From: a virus
Direction: 5' to 3' (one strand)
Length of the DNA stretch: 64,000 nt
IMG/VR virus record: IMGVR_UViG_3300037461_001312
Span: 8,037-72,036 of that record
Position 1 is the first letter of the stretch; each line of letters opens with the position of its first letter. The notes beneath the pieces are model-generated. The model searched no databases. It saw only the letters and a list, made by a program, of their open reading frames with translations, and was not told where the DNA came from. A program made the position numbers and the translations under genes. This document shows, piece by piece, positions 1-8,959 of this stretch.

Positions 1-250
1 ATACCAGCCTGCTTACTCTGTCCTCCCACGGCAGACTGTGGTGGTAGTAGTACGCCTTGGTCTTGCTCGTGTGCTCCCTCAGCCGCTTCATGTACTCCGG
101 CGAGAACAGCTTCTTGACATAGCGGCCGTGGTTGCCGATCACCCCGAAGCTCTTGTTGGTGTCCCGTGTGATGACTTTGTCCTCTTTCTCCGGGGGCCAG
201 TAGCCCCAGAGAAGGTGGATACGGATTGCCTTGGTATGCAGCTCAGTCAT
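1..250 (-). CDS. Partial hypothetical protein, DUF3150-like partner of phage MoxR ATPases (runs off left edge)
   Basis: Not in the ORF track. Manual translation from ATG at 250 (GGAGG upstream): MTELHTKAIRIHLLWGYWPPEKEDKVITRDTNKSFGVIGNHGRYVKKLFSPEYMKRLREHTSKTKAYYYHHSLPWEDRVSRLV, open to the edge. The KKL...YY..SLPW.D pattern resembles DUF3150-type proteins as I recall them. Confidence 0.55.
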   Translation of the reverse strand, partial: MTELHTKAIRIHLLWGYWPPEKEDKVITRDTNKSFGVIGNHGRYVKKLFSPEYMKRLREHTSKTKAYYYHHSLPWEDRVSRLV

Positions 251-440
251 TGTTGTACCCTCCTATCGCATGGTACATCTTCTCCATGCTGAGATTGATG
301 CTGTCGCCGACGATGTTGTAGTCATACCGCAGTCCATCGCGGTCTTCGTACACGTCGTCTTCCAGCCGTGCCCCATGGCGCTTGAGCACGGCGGCGATGT
401 CCTTCAGCAACGCCAGTTCCTTGTTGGTCAGTTCGTTCAT
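243..440 (-). CDS. Hypothetical protein (65 aa)
   Basis: ORF with purine-rich RBS (GGGGAATAAGAC ATG), packed in the operon. Confidence 0.7.
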   Translation of the reverse strand: MNELTNKELALLKDIAAVLKRHGARLEDDVYEDRDGLRYDYNIVGDSINLSMEKMYHAIGGYNND

Positions 441-443
441 GTC

Positions 444-632
444 TTATTCCCCCTTTCTAGCCCAGACTGGCCCTTCAAGCCAGCAGTCTAAATCTTCGTA
501 GTTATCGAATAGAGCAGTTACTTTAAGCAACACACGGGCGTAGTCCAGACCACAGGCATCTGCGATCTGCGGCATCTCGCCCAGCCAACTGTCGTGTGTG
601 CCTATCCACGTGAGCACGTTTGCCCAGAACAT
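444..632 (-). CDS. Hypothetical protein (start refined to MFWANV at 632)
   Basis: GGGAGGTG RBS upstream of ATG 632; abuts neighbouring genes. Confidence 0.65.
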   Translation of the reverse strand: MFWANVLTWIGTHDSWLGEMPQIADACGLDYARVLLKVTALFDNYEDLDCWLEGPVWARKGE

Positions 633-645
633 GATGATCACCTCC

Positions 646-1740
646 CTAGATATACACATCGCTGTGTTTGACAAACCAGTTGACATACGCCTGAGTATTC
701 TTCAGTGCCGGTGTACGCACTATCGCATCCTTGAAGTACGACAGCACGAACTCGCTCCTCGGGATCCCGTCCTTGAAGTTGCCCCCCTCGAACCAGCGGT
801 CAAAGTATCTGATGACCGCATCGAAGTTCGCCTCCCTGCTCTTGTTGGCCAGCGCCGCTGCGAGCGCATACTGTATCTCCGGCTGCTGCGGGATCTGCTC
901 CTTGTCCGGGTTCATGATGATCGCATCAGGATTCGGTATGGCCTTGTGGTATTTGTAGAAGCTCAGCAGCTCCGCCGCACGCCCCACGCCCACCATGCCT
1001 GAGAACGCCTGCTGCCACATGTCCTCGGGCAGACTATCATTCACCGCCTCGCCCACGAACGCCAGAGTCCTGGGGCAGACACTATTGACCAGGTCTGCGC
1101 TCGGCTCCCAGTCGGTGATGACCTCAGGCCTGAATCTCGCATACGCGATGATCCACACGGGGACTTTGTGGGCAATTGCCCACTTGCACCACGGGTCAGT
1201 CTCCGATGTCATGTGGATAACGCCACCGTCAAACCTGGACTTCAGCGGCTCGATGATGCCCCCTACCGCCGCCTTGTCCTCTCGCCTGTTGGTCGCTCCG
1301 ACAAAGGATACGGTGTCGGAGATCTTCTTAGTATTGATACTCCTCTCCAAGAACAACTGCATCATCGCCGCCTGCACCGCGTTGGTCGCTTGCCCCATAT
1401 CGTCAAACAGCATGATGAGTCTCTCGGATGTAGTCGTGATAAGCTCATTGAGAAACCCGTACGGATAGAATTCCGCCCGTGGCTCGCCGTCGCTTCCCTG
1501 CAGCACAAAGCCAAGACCGGAGTAGTGTGTCGGGTTGTGCACTACCGGGTGCGCAATGATGTACTTGTACGCCAGCGCCCTGCAGGCCTGCTTGAAGATG
1601 TCAGTTTTGCCAATGCCTGGACGCCCCACGATAAGCAGGTTTTTCATGGATTTCAGGCACCAGAGCAGGTAGTTGTACAGCTGCTCCTGGTTCATAGATG
1701 GTATATTTGACTCCATTGCCGTTCTCTTCGCTCTTGTCAT
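646..1740 (-). CDS. MoxR/CbbQ-like AAA+ ATPase
   Basis: Walker A GRPGIGKT, Walker B MLFDDMGQA, sensor GATNR, PLKSRF, PRTL motif typical of phage AAA_5 ATPases. Confidence 0.85.
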   Translation of the reverse strand: MTRAKRTAMESNIPSMNQEQLYNYLLWCLKSMKNLLIVGRPGIGKTDIFKQACRALAYKYIIAHPVVHNPTHYSGLGFVLQGSDGEPRAEFYPYGFLNELITTTSERLIMLFDDMGQATNAVQAAMMQLFLERSINTKKISDTVSFVGATNRREDKAAVGGIIEPLKSRFDGGVIHMTSETDPWCKWAIAHKVPVWIIAYARFRPEVITDWEPSADLVNSVCPRTLAFVGEAVNDSLPEDMWQQAFSGMVGVGRAAELLSFYKYHKAIPNPDAIIMNPDKEQIPQQPEIQYALAAALANKSREANFDAVIRYFDRWFEGGNFKDGIPRSEFVLSYFKDAIVRTPALKNTQAYVNWFVKHSDVYI

Positions 1741-1760
1741 TGCTCACTTCCCCCTTTCGT

Positions 1761-2618
1761 TTAGGCATAGGTGACCAGGAACCTCGGCCCCTTCGATGTG
1801 TTGTACACTCTCACGTCCACCTTGATGCTGTACTCCGGGTTGTCCACCCCCAGCCGCTTCATCATCTCGTCCCTTTCCTTGTTTTCATAGTACAGGCTGA
1901 ACGCCTTGCCCACGGTGCTCACCGACGGCGGCAGCTGTCTCTGCAGCCACTCTGCGAACTTGACCTCGTTTGTCGTGATCGGGTACAGCCTCTGGGGCAG
2001 GCTGTCCCTGCGCTTTATCCACTCGTGCCTGCGCTTACGCTCCTCGCTCTTCTTGCGCAGCGCGTCTCTGTTCGCCCTGAATATCCGCTCCAGCATCTGC
2101 CCCGTGACTCTCGGCAGAAATGTCCTCAGCCTTATGGCCAGCTTGACGAACAGCTCGAGCCGGTACTTGTCGTACTGCCCCACGCGCCCAAAGTCTTGGT
2201 TGGCTATGAGCGTCAGCACAAACGGGAACGCCCTGATCGCCACGGCCATGGGCTGGCGGTGCATGCGAATACTCCTGTCCCTGTCCCACGTGTCGATCTC
2301 CCTGCACAACGGGTCGTTCTCCACCCGCATCTTCATCAGCAGGTGTCGGCACCCTTTGACGATGTCCGCGATCTCGTAGTCCGGCTTGTCTTTGTTGATT
2401 GCCGCGTCGTCCGTCTTGTCCCCCAGCTTCTTCGCCTGCCGCTTCTCGAAGCAGGGCACGCAGAGGACGGAGTACTTGTGCTCTCTATAGCTCAGGCAGG
2501 CGACGTAGACCTCCTCCAGGCCCTCCACCGGTACTCCGCACTGCTTGCACTTGTGGCCTGCTTCCACCAGCCTGTCATACCGGTAGTGCTCTTTGGTCTC
2601 TTTCCTAAACTCTCCCAT
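1761..2618 (-). CDS. Zn-finger hypothetical protein (start MGEFRK at 2618)
   Basis: CKQC and CVPC pairs; GC3-biased ORF in the operon. Confidence 0.65.
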   Translation of the reverse strand: MGEFRKETKEHYRYDRLVEAGHKCKQCGVPVEGLEEVYVACLSYREHKYSVLCVPCFEKRQAKKLGDKTDDAAINKDKPDYEIADIVKGCRHLLMKMRVENDPLCREIDTWDRDRSIRMHRQPMAVAIRAFPFVLTLIANQDFGRVGQYDKYRLELFVKLAIRLRTFLPRVTGQMLERIFRANRDALRKKSEERKRRHEWIKRRDSLPQRLYPITTNEVKFAEWLQRQLPPSVSTVGKAFSLYYENKERDEMMKRLGVDNPEYSIKVDVRVYNTSKGPRFLVTYA

Positions 2619-2778
2619 AATGCACCCCCTGTCTCCTGCGCTCCTTGACCAGGCGGAGAGTCCGCCTGTGCGCCTCTTCACGTTTACGGCAATGGCGGCA
2701 CACGGTGTCCCCGTTGTCCACGGGGCGTCCGCAGATGTCGCAGGCCTCATACGCCAGCTCGCTCGTCTGTGTTCTCAT
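2605..2778 (-). CDS. Small Zn-finger protein (CDIC...CRHC)
   Basis: ATG at 2778 overlaps the upstream stop (ATGA); two CxxC pairs. Confidence 0.6.
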   Translation of the reverse strand: MRTQTSELAYEACDICGRPVDNGDTVCRHCRKREEAHRRTLRLVKERRRQGVHYGRV

Positions 2779-3098
2779 CTCTCGCCACCTCCGTTTCCCA
2801 GCATCGTCCTGCTGATCCACATCCCCTGGCTCCCGCACCTGGGGCACTTGCCCGTGCTATCCGGCACGTAGACTTGGTTGCACGACGCTTCGCAACAGAT
2901 CTTGGACTCTCTCACCCCTGTCCAGCCCAGTCCCCGGTAGTCCACCGCGGTCGCATGCACCATCGGATGCGTGACCACCTTGATCCCCTGCATCCGGCAC
3001 GCCGCCCGGACATACGCGGTCTTGGAAGTTCTCGACGTTACCGGCCGGAGCCGGTAGAATACCCGCCAGAAATACTTAGTCAACGCTCTCATTGTCAT
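2775..3098 (-). CDS. Hypothetical Zn-ribbon protein
   Basis: CCEASC and CPRCG motifs; overlapping stop/start junctions. Confidence 0.6.
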   Translation of the reverse strand: MTMRALTKYFWRVFYRLRPVTSRTSKTAYVRAACRMQGIKVVTHPMVHATAVDYRGLGWTGVRESKICCEASCNQVYVPDSTGKCPRCGSQGMWISRTMLGNGGGER

Positions 3099-3346
3099 TC
3101 TCCTTTCCTATTCGTCTGTTTCCTCAGCACGTACACCTTCCCCGCGACATACCCCCGCTTCTCGACTCTCTTCCCCTTGTCCTCCACGAAATACGGCGTG
3201 TCGAACCTCACGTCCCCGACGACCTCCCCCGTCAGGTAGTTCACCGTGTCCCACTGCGCCGCCGCGTACCGCACCGCCTCCCATTGCAGAAACCGGTGGT
3301 ACACGTCCCCGTTACGCTTGCTCCGTACGATTTCCCCGATTCTCAT
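3095..3346 (-). CDS. Hypothetical protein, first gene of the leftward operon (start MRIGEIV at 3346)
   Basis: GGAGGTGG RBS upstream of ATG 3346. Confidence 0.7.
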   Translation of the reverse strand: MRIGEIVRSKRNGDVYHRFLQWEAVRYAAAQWDTVNYLTGEVVGDVRFDTPYFVEDKGKRVEKRGYVAGKVYVLRKQTNRKGE

Positions 3347-3450
3347 GATTCCACCTCCCTTTCGATTAGTTAGTCCACTACTGCAAAATCGGGGAATTTT
3401 AGTGCAAGTCCCGTTCCGCACTTTTCCTAACGCCTAAGTATCGGAGCCGC

Positions 3451-3509
3451 AAAGGGAAAAGGGAAAACGGGAAAAGGGAAAAAGAGAAAGGGGAAAAGGG
3501 GAAATAAAA
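3451..3509 (+). repeat. Purine-rich (GGG-A4/5)n tandem tract
   Basis: aaagggaaaagggaaaacgggaaaagggaaaaagagaaaggggaaaaggggaaataaaa; six G3/G4 runs. Confidence 0.9.
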
Positions 3510-3513
3510 CCGC

Positions 3514-3542
3514 TTGACTTACGCCCAGGGCTGTACTATACT
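3514..3542 (+). promoter_or_regulatory. sigma70-type promoter P1
   Basis: TTGACT (3514-3519) - 17 nt - TATACT (3537-3542). Confidence 0.75.
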
Positions 3543-3675
3543 GCTTTTATCAGGTCGACAACAGCGAATTATCCTAAGGAAAAATCAAATAGCGACGGGC
3601 GGCTCAGGGATAGGGACCATAACTGCTTGATATGATTTGAGAACGTAAGCAGATAAAGATTTTTTCTTTTTCTGC

Positions 3676-3704
3676 TTGACAAACGAGCAAAGACTGTGTA
3701 TATT
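3676..3704 (+). promoter_or_regulatory. sigma70-type promoter P2 (leaderless transcript)
   Basis: TTGACA (3676-3681) - 17 nt - TATATT (3699-3704), T-rich upstream tract, ATG at 3711. Confidence 0.8.
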
Positions 3705-3710
3705 CCCACC

Positions 3711-3893
3711 ATGAAAGAAACGGACCCCAAGAGAAAGATCGAGGCGTACATGAAACGGACCGGGCTGAAGGCCTACCAGGTGGCAGACCTCTGCAGCATT
3801 CCCCGTGTGTCGATCTACCGTTTCCTGTCCGGGAGTCGCGACCTGAAACTGGCACAGTGGCGTAGCGTATCGAGGCTCATCGACCGGCAATAG
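3711..3893 (+). CDS. XRE/Cro-like HTH regulator
   Basis: MKETDPKRKIEAYMKRTGLKAYQVADLCSIPRVSIYRFLSG, typical HTH pattern. Confidence 0.8.
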   Translation: MKETDPKRKIEAYMKRTGLKAYQVADLCSIPRVSIYRFLSGSRDLKLAQWRSVSRLIDRQ

Positions 3894-3911
3894 GAACGGA
3901 GGGCTCCACCC

Positions 3912-4451
3912 TTGGGGGGCGACAACGGCAACAGCAGATACCCACATCAAGAGTTCAAGATCAAAGCTGCTGACGAAAAGGGGCACTTCGAGCGCATCCA
4001 GCTGAGGATACCGCCCCAGATGTTCAGCAAGATGCAGAAGGTCGTCAACAGCAAGATCTGGCCGTTCGAGAACTACCAGGAGCTGGCCCGGCACGCGATC
4101 ATGAAAGAGCTGGCGTGGCTCGAGTCTGACGCACCGGAAGTGGGGAACCTGACCGCCCAGGTCCAGAACATGCACGCGATGATGCACGAGGAGACGGAGT
4201 TTCAGGTGATCGAGGATACCTTGGAGAAGATGAAAGCGGTGTTTTCGCGGAACCTGGCTGTCGGCGGCGAGGCGGCCAAGGGCAGGAACCTCAAGCTGGT
4301 GTGCGACATGTGGGGGCGCATATGCAGCATAGACGATGTCTACTGGCGTGACATCTGGAAGCAGCGGTTCCAGGAAGAGTACGACAAAGTCCTGCAGGCC
4401 GCGCCGGACGTGGGACTGGGGGAGCTAGAGGAAGACGACGGGGTGGAGTGA
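3912..4451 (+). CDS. Hypothetical protein
   Basis: TTG start with GGAGG RBS; stop overlaps the helicase start. Confidence 0.7.
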   Translation: MGGDNGNSRYPHQEFKIKAADEKGHFERIQLRIPPQMFSKMQKVVNSKIWPFENYQELARHAIMKELAWLESDAPEVGNLTAQVQNMHAMMHEETEFQVIEDTLEKMKAVFSRNLAVGGEAAKGRNLKLVCDMWGRICSIDDVYWRDIWKQRFQEEYDKVLQAAPDVGLGELEEDDGVE

Positions 4452-6139
4452 TGGGGAACGTAAGCAGGGTCCCAGTGCCTGGGACCGTAAGCAAGGTAAG
4501 CGCATCTATGCCCGCGCCGAGGGACATCGGCCTGCCGCAGAAGTTCGTGGCCTGGCGCAGGAACCAGGAGGCCGCGATCAACGAGTTCCTCGACTGCAAG
4601 CGGGACTATCTCGCCCAGTGCATGCCGACAGGTTCAGGCAAGAGTCTCACCTACGTGTCAGACGCGGTGCTGTCTGGCAAATCCACTGTAATATTGACGA
4701 GTACTAAAGCTCTCCAGGCCCAGCTGCTGGGCGACTTCTCCGAGATCGGTATGGTCGAGATCAAGGGGAAGAACTCCTACCGCTGCCTGGAGGACGCGTA
4801 CGGCCGGGGGTGCGACTACGGGGACTGCAACTTCGGGCTCAACTGCCACCGCCAGGCGCACGGCTGCCTCTACTACGACGCCCTGCGCACGGCGACCAGC
4901 TCCCGTCTCGTGGTCACCAACTACGCCTACTGGCTGACGATGAACCGGTTCAATCCGGGGGGGCTGAAGTCGGCATCCCTGCTGGTGCTGGACGAGGCCC
5001 ACCACGCGGAGACCCACCTGGCCCAGTCGCTCTCGTTCAGCATCAGGCCCAAGGAGGCGGAGTCCCTGCTGGGGATGCGGATGCCCACCATGGCCTCCGT
5101 AGGCAAGTGGGCGGACGACGCGTACCAGCGGGCCGACGACCTGTACGTGACGGAAAAGGACCATCTGGAGACCCACTTGAACGGGGACAAGGACCTGCTG
5201 CACAAGCTGAAGTCGGCCAAGGACAAGCTCCAGCTGCTGCGCAAGCACTGGGACGACCCGGACTGGCTGGTCGAGGCGGGCGACGGGATCAAGTTCTGCC
5301 CCGTCTGGCCGAAGCAGTACGCCAAGCGTATCCTATTTAATAACGCCTCCAAGGTGCTGATGACGTCGGCGACCGTGCGCCCCAAGACGGTCGAGATGCT
5401 GGGGCTGGTACCGGAAGTGGGCAAGGGGGACCAGATGAGCAAGGCCGAGGTGTTGATGGCCAAGGTCGGGCCATCGGGGAAGAACACCGCGTCCGCCGCC
5501 TCCGGCCCGGCCTGCACGTTTTCGGACTACCCCAGCATCTTCGACCCGGAGCGGAGGCTGGTGCTGCATATCCCGACTATAAGAGTAAACCACCATACGA
5601 CCAAGGAGGACTACGTCGTCTGGCTGAAACGCATAGACCAGATCATCGCGCCCAGGCTGCATCAGAAGGGGATCATTCACACTGTCTCATACGACAGGCG
5701 GAACTATGTCATGGAGCATAGCGAGCACGCGGAGCATATGATCACACACACGACGGAGAGCGTGGTGACCGCGGTGGCCAAATTCAAGAAGGCGGATCCG
5801 CCCGCGATACTCGTTTCCCCATCGGTGATGACGGGGTTTGACTTCCCTCATGATCTGTGCAGGTTTCAGATCATCGGCAAGATACCGTTTCCGGACACAC
5901 GGGACAGGCTGACCAAGGCCAGGATGGATAGAGACCCAGAGTACGGAGCGTACATTGCCATGCAGTCCCTGGTGCAGGCGTCAGGAAGAGGCACACGGGC
6001 CCCGAATGACTCGTGTGTCTCCTTCCTGATTGATGACAGCGCGTTCTGGTTCATGAAGCGGTTCGGGCGGTTCGCCCCGAGGTGGTTCATGGATGGGTAT
6101 AGAGTAAGTGATCTGATACCGCAAGTACAGGAGGAGTAG
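4448..6139 (+). CDS. DinG/XPD-family SF2 helicase with Fe-S cysteines
   Basis: MPTGSGKS (motif I), LKGK-like IKGKNSYRC plus Cys cluster, VVTNY, LDEAHH (motif II), QASGRGTR (motif VI). Confidence 0.9.
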   Translation: MMGNVSRVPVPGTVSKVSASMPAPRDIGLPQKFVAWRRNQEAAINEFLDCKRDYLAQCMPTGSGKSLTYVSDAVLSGKSTVILTSTKALQAQLLGDFSEIGMVEIKGKNSYRCLEDAYGRGCDYGDCNFGLNCHRQAHGCLYYDALRTATSSRLVVTNYAYWLTMNRFNPGGLKSASLLVLDEAHHAETHLAQSLSFSIRPKEAESLLGMRMPTMASVGKWADDAYQRADDLYVTEKDHLETHLNGDKDLLHKLKSAKDKLQLLRKHWDDPDWLVEAGDGIKFCPVWPKQYAKRILFNNASKVLMTSATVRPKTVEMLGLVPEVGKGDQMSKAEVLMAKVGPSGKNTASAASGPACTFSDYPSIFDPERRLVLHIPTIRVNHHTTKEDYVVWLKRIDQIIAPRLHQKGIIHTVSYDRRNYVMEHSEHAEHMITHTTESVVTAVAKFKKADPPAILVSPSVMTGFDFPHDLCRFQIIGKIPFPDTRDRLTKARMDRDPEYGAYIAMQSLVQASGRGTRAPNDSCVSFLIDDSAFWFMKRFGRFAPRWFMDGYRVSDLIPQVQEE

Positions 6140-6143
6140 TCCT

Positions 6144-6368
6144 ATGTCAACTTCGATACAACTGGAGTACATGACCTGCCAAAACTGCGGCAGGGACATG
6201 GAGAGGTGGAACCTGAAAGCGGAGGTGGTCGACGGGGTACTCTGCGTCCGCTGCCCGCACTGCAGGGAGCATTTAAGACTAGTCATGAAAGGAGGTGTGA
6301 GCGAAGACGATATGCAAGGAGCAATCAACAAGACACTGGAGCAAACTATCACTGAGAAAGGAGACTAG
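6144..6368 (+). CDS. Zn-ribbon protein
   Basis: CQNC and CPHC pairs. Confidence 0.7.
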   Translation: MSTSIQLEYMTCQNCGRDMERWNLKAEVVDGVLCVRCPHCREHLRLVMKGGVSEDDMQGAINKTLEQTITEKGD

Positions 6369-6371
6369 ACT

Positions 6372-7136
6372 ATGGCAGACGAAGAATTCGTAAGTTTCAA
6401 TCCGGAGACATTCACCGAGGGGGGTGGGGGGCTGATCAACGACGTAGACGGCGAGTTCACCAACTTCAAGTTCATGGCGATCAACCCGAGCGCCAGGGAA
6501 CTGTCCGCAGGCGACACGCCCTACCTCGTCGCGGACTTCACCACCGAGGACGACACGTACGGCATGCGCTGGTCCTGTGGCGGCGCGGCCAACTGGGAGA
6601 TCGGCGCGGGGGGCAAGAGCCTCAAGGCCAAGGGGACCGCGAAGGGAGTCAACAAGGGCAGCAATCTCGGGCTGTTCCTGACGAGCCTGTACAACTCGGG
6701 CTTCCCCAAGGACAAGCTGGGGAACGACATCGAGATCCTCAACGGGCTGCAGGCGCATATCATCAGGATCCCGGAGCCGGAGCGCAAGGGACTGCAGCGT
6801 GCGCCCAGGACCGACGGCCGTGAGGGCCCGGGCATCGTGACGATCAGCAAGATCAACAAGCTGCCTTGGGACAAGGGGGCGAAGGGCAAGGCGAAGTCAG
6901 CCGCGCCCAAGGCACCTGCGGCAAACGACGCGCTGGATGCCGAGGTGCTCGGGATCATCCTCACCAGTCTCGCGGACAACCCCGAGGGCATCGCCAAGAA
7001 GGACGTGATCAAGGCGGTGGTAGCGCAGGCAAGTGCCGAGAACCGCGGGGCCGCGATGCAGCTGGCGAACAACGACACGTGGCTCAAGAGCAAGACTGAA
7101 TGGGCCTACGAGAACGGAGTGATCAGGCTGCCGTAA
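6372..7136 (+). CDS. Hypothetical replication protein (possible ssDNA-binding protein)
   Basis: Strong RBS and GC3 bias; lies between helicase and nuclease. Function inferred from context only. Confidence 0.5.
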   Translation: MADEEFVSFNPETFTEGGGGLINDVDGEFTNFKFMAINPSARELSAGDTPYLVADFTTEDDTYGMRWSCGGAANWEIGAGGKSLKAKGTAKGVNKGSNLGLFLTSLYNSGFPKDKLGNDIEILNGLQAHIIRIPEPERKGLQRAPRTDGREGPGIVTISKINKLPWDKGAKGKAKSAAPKAPAANDALDAEVLGIILTSLADNPEGIAKKDVIKAVVAQASAENRGAAMQLANNDTWLKSKTEWAYENGVIRLP

Positions 7137-7137
7137 G

Positions 7138-7692
7138 ATGAAGGTCGAAATCATTCATCAACCTTTTCCTGAGACGGTCTTTCGCCAATCACATACTCGG
7201 TCGGCAGGAGTCCATCTCAGCGCGATCATCCGGGACATGGAGGAGACTCTGTATCCCGACCGCTTCAAGAACACTTCCGGCTGGGACCTGAACGCCGCTG
7301 CCCAAGCCGGGGTGTTCTTTGAAGTGGCGCTGGAGGCCGCGTACCGTGACATGTTTGCCGTCGACGTGGGCGAAGTGTCACTCGACGGAATCACAGGGAC
7401 ACCAGACGGAGTCAATTTCGACGATGACGGTGCTTATGTGGAAGAATTTAAGCTGACTTGGCGCAGCAGCAATAAGACACCGTTGGATATCTTCCACTAC
7501 CGTATGCAGGGGCTAGGATACTGCAAGATGCTGGGGTTGGACAGGGCAATGTACAGAGTCCTGTATCTCAACGGGGACTACAAAGGCAGTGGTCCCATCT
7601 ATAAGGTGTACATGGTTCAGTGGGACCAGTGGGAGATTGATGAAAACTGGGATAGCATCGTGTGTCATGCACGATTCAGGGGGTGGGTATGA
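7138..7692 (+). CDS. PD-(D/E)XK exonuclease (RecB/Cas4-like fold, no Fe-S cysteines)
   Basis: GTPDG...VEEFK and QGLGY (QxxxY) motifs. Confidence 0.8.
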   Translation: MKVEIIHQPFPETVFRQSHTRSAGVHLSAIIRDMEETLYPDRFKNTSGWDLNAAAQAGVFFEVALEAAYRDMFAVDVGEVSLDGITGTPDGVNFDDDGAYVEEFKLTWRSSNKTPLDIFHYRMQGLGYCKMLGLDRAMYRVLYLNGDYKGSGPIYKVYMVQWDQWEIDENWDSIVCHARFRGWV

Positions 7693-8201
7693 GCCTTATA
7701 TCGTGGAAAAATAAGAGTACGGGCACGGATCAGCAGAAATGGGAGCGCGTGCAGCGGGAAATAGCAGAGGCTAAGAGGCAGTACGAGGAGCTGATGCAGC
7801 AGCAGGCATTGGTAGGCAGCGGCCGGCTTGACCCGAACTCGATGCGCGCCGTAGACGAGGTCGCAGAGAACGCGGTAGCCAAGGCGCAGGCCTCTGCCCG
7901 CGAGGCCCAGATCAAGCTGCAGGATCTGCAGCACGCGGTCGCGTCGATAGTGCTGAGACTCAAAGTGCTCGATGTCGAGGCGCTGGAGAAGGATCTCGGC
8001 GAGGACGGGACAGTCCCGCTGCGGCTGGCGCTGTCGGAGCTGAAGCAGCTGCTGGCAGCGTATGATGGCCTGCCCAAGACGAGCATGCCTGACTATGGCG
8101 GGCTGACTTATGCGACTACTACCGCACCAACGGCCTGGTATCAGCAGCAGATGCGACAGGCGTCCAGTACCTACTACAACACATCAGGGAGGCTTAAATG
8201 A
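7689..8201 (+). CDS. Coiled-coil hypothetical protein (start MSLISW at 7689)
   Basis: ATGA overlaps at both ends; heptad-rich sequence. Confidence 0.7.
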   Translation: MSLISWKNKSTGTDQQKWERVQREIAEAKRQYEELMQQQALVGSGRLDPNSMRAVDEVAENAVAKAQASAREAQIKLQDLQHAVASIVLRLKVLDVEALEKDLGEDGTVPLRLALSELKQLLAAYDGLPKTSMPDYGGLTYATTTAPTAWYQQQMRQASSTYYNTSGRLK

Positions 8202-8959
8202 TCACAGACAAAGAACTGCTCAAGGCGGGCTTCAAGCCGAAGAAGGCAGAGGTACAGAAGAGACTGATTATACAAGTCGAGGGGCATGAGAAGACGGGCA
8301 AGACACACTTTGCGCTTACTGCCCCCGGGCCGATCGCGTATTTCGGTCTGGATTTGGGGGATGAAGGAGTAATTGAGAAATTCCTGGCTCAAGGCAAGGA
8401 GATCATCACTCCTGATGACTCTATCCGCGTGCCCAACGTGATTGAGATGCACCCAGATGGTCCTAAGATGGATGCAGTAAACGCATGGGAACAAATGAAG
8501 CGTGCTTTCATCGCATCCTGCAGGTCTCCACAGGTCCGTACTGTTGTGTTTGATACAGCGACAGAGGCGTGGGAACTAATCCGTTTGGCGCGTTTTGGGA
8601 AATTGGCGCAGGTACTCCCGGTTCAATACGGCCCAGTGAATGCGGAGATGAGAGGATTAATTCGCACAGCGTACGACTCAACCAAGTCGCTAATTCTGTT
8701 GCACAAGATGAAGCCAGAGTACGTTAATGACCGTAGAACGGGAAAGTATGAGCGTGCAGGCTTCGGGGACACTGAATACCTGGTGCAGGTAAATCTCAGA
8801 ACCGTCTACGACACAGAAACTAACACCTTTGGGATGGAGGTTCTAAATTGTCGGCAGAACATGGTGCTGTCTGGGCAAGTGTTCATGGAAGACTTGTGCA
8901 CGTTCCCCATGTTGGCGTCTATGATACTGCCTAATACTCAGCCTGGGGACTGGGAATGA
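8198..8959 (+). CDS. AAA_24/Sak4-like P-loop ATPase
   Basis: GHEKTGKT Walker A, VVFDT Walker B, LILLH. Confidence 0.8.
   Translation: MITDKELLKAGFKPKKAEVQKRLIIQVEGHEKTGKTHFALTAPGPIAYFGLDLGDEGVIEKFLAQGKEIITPDDSIRVPNVIEMHPDGPKMDAVNAWEQMKRAFIASCRSPQVRTVVFDTATEAWELIRLARFGKLAQVLPVQYGPVNAEMRGLIRTAYDSTKSLILLHKMKPEYVNDRRTGKYERAGFGDTEYLVQVNLRTVYDTETNTFGMEVLNCRQNMVLSGQVFMEDLCTFPMLASMILPNTQPGDWE

Noticed and set aside
7138-7692. Cas4/CRISPR association of the PD-(D/E)XK nuclease
   Set aside because: Lacks the four Fe-S cysteines, and no repeat-spacer array was seen in the window
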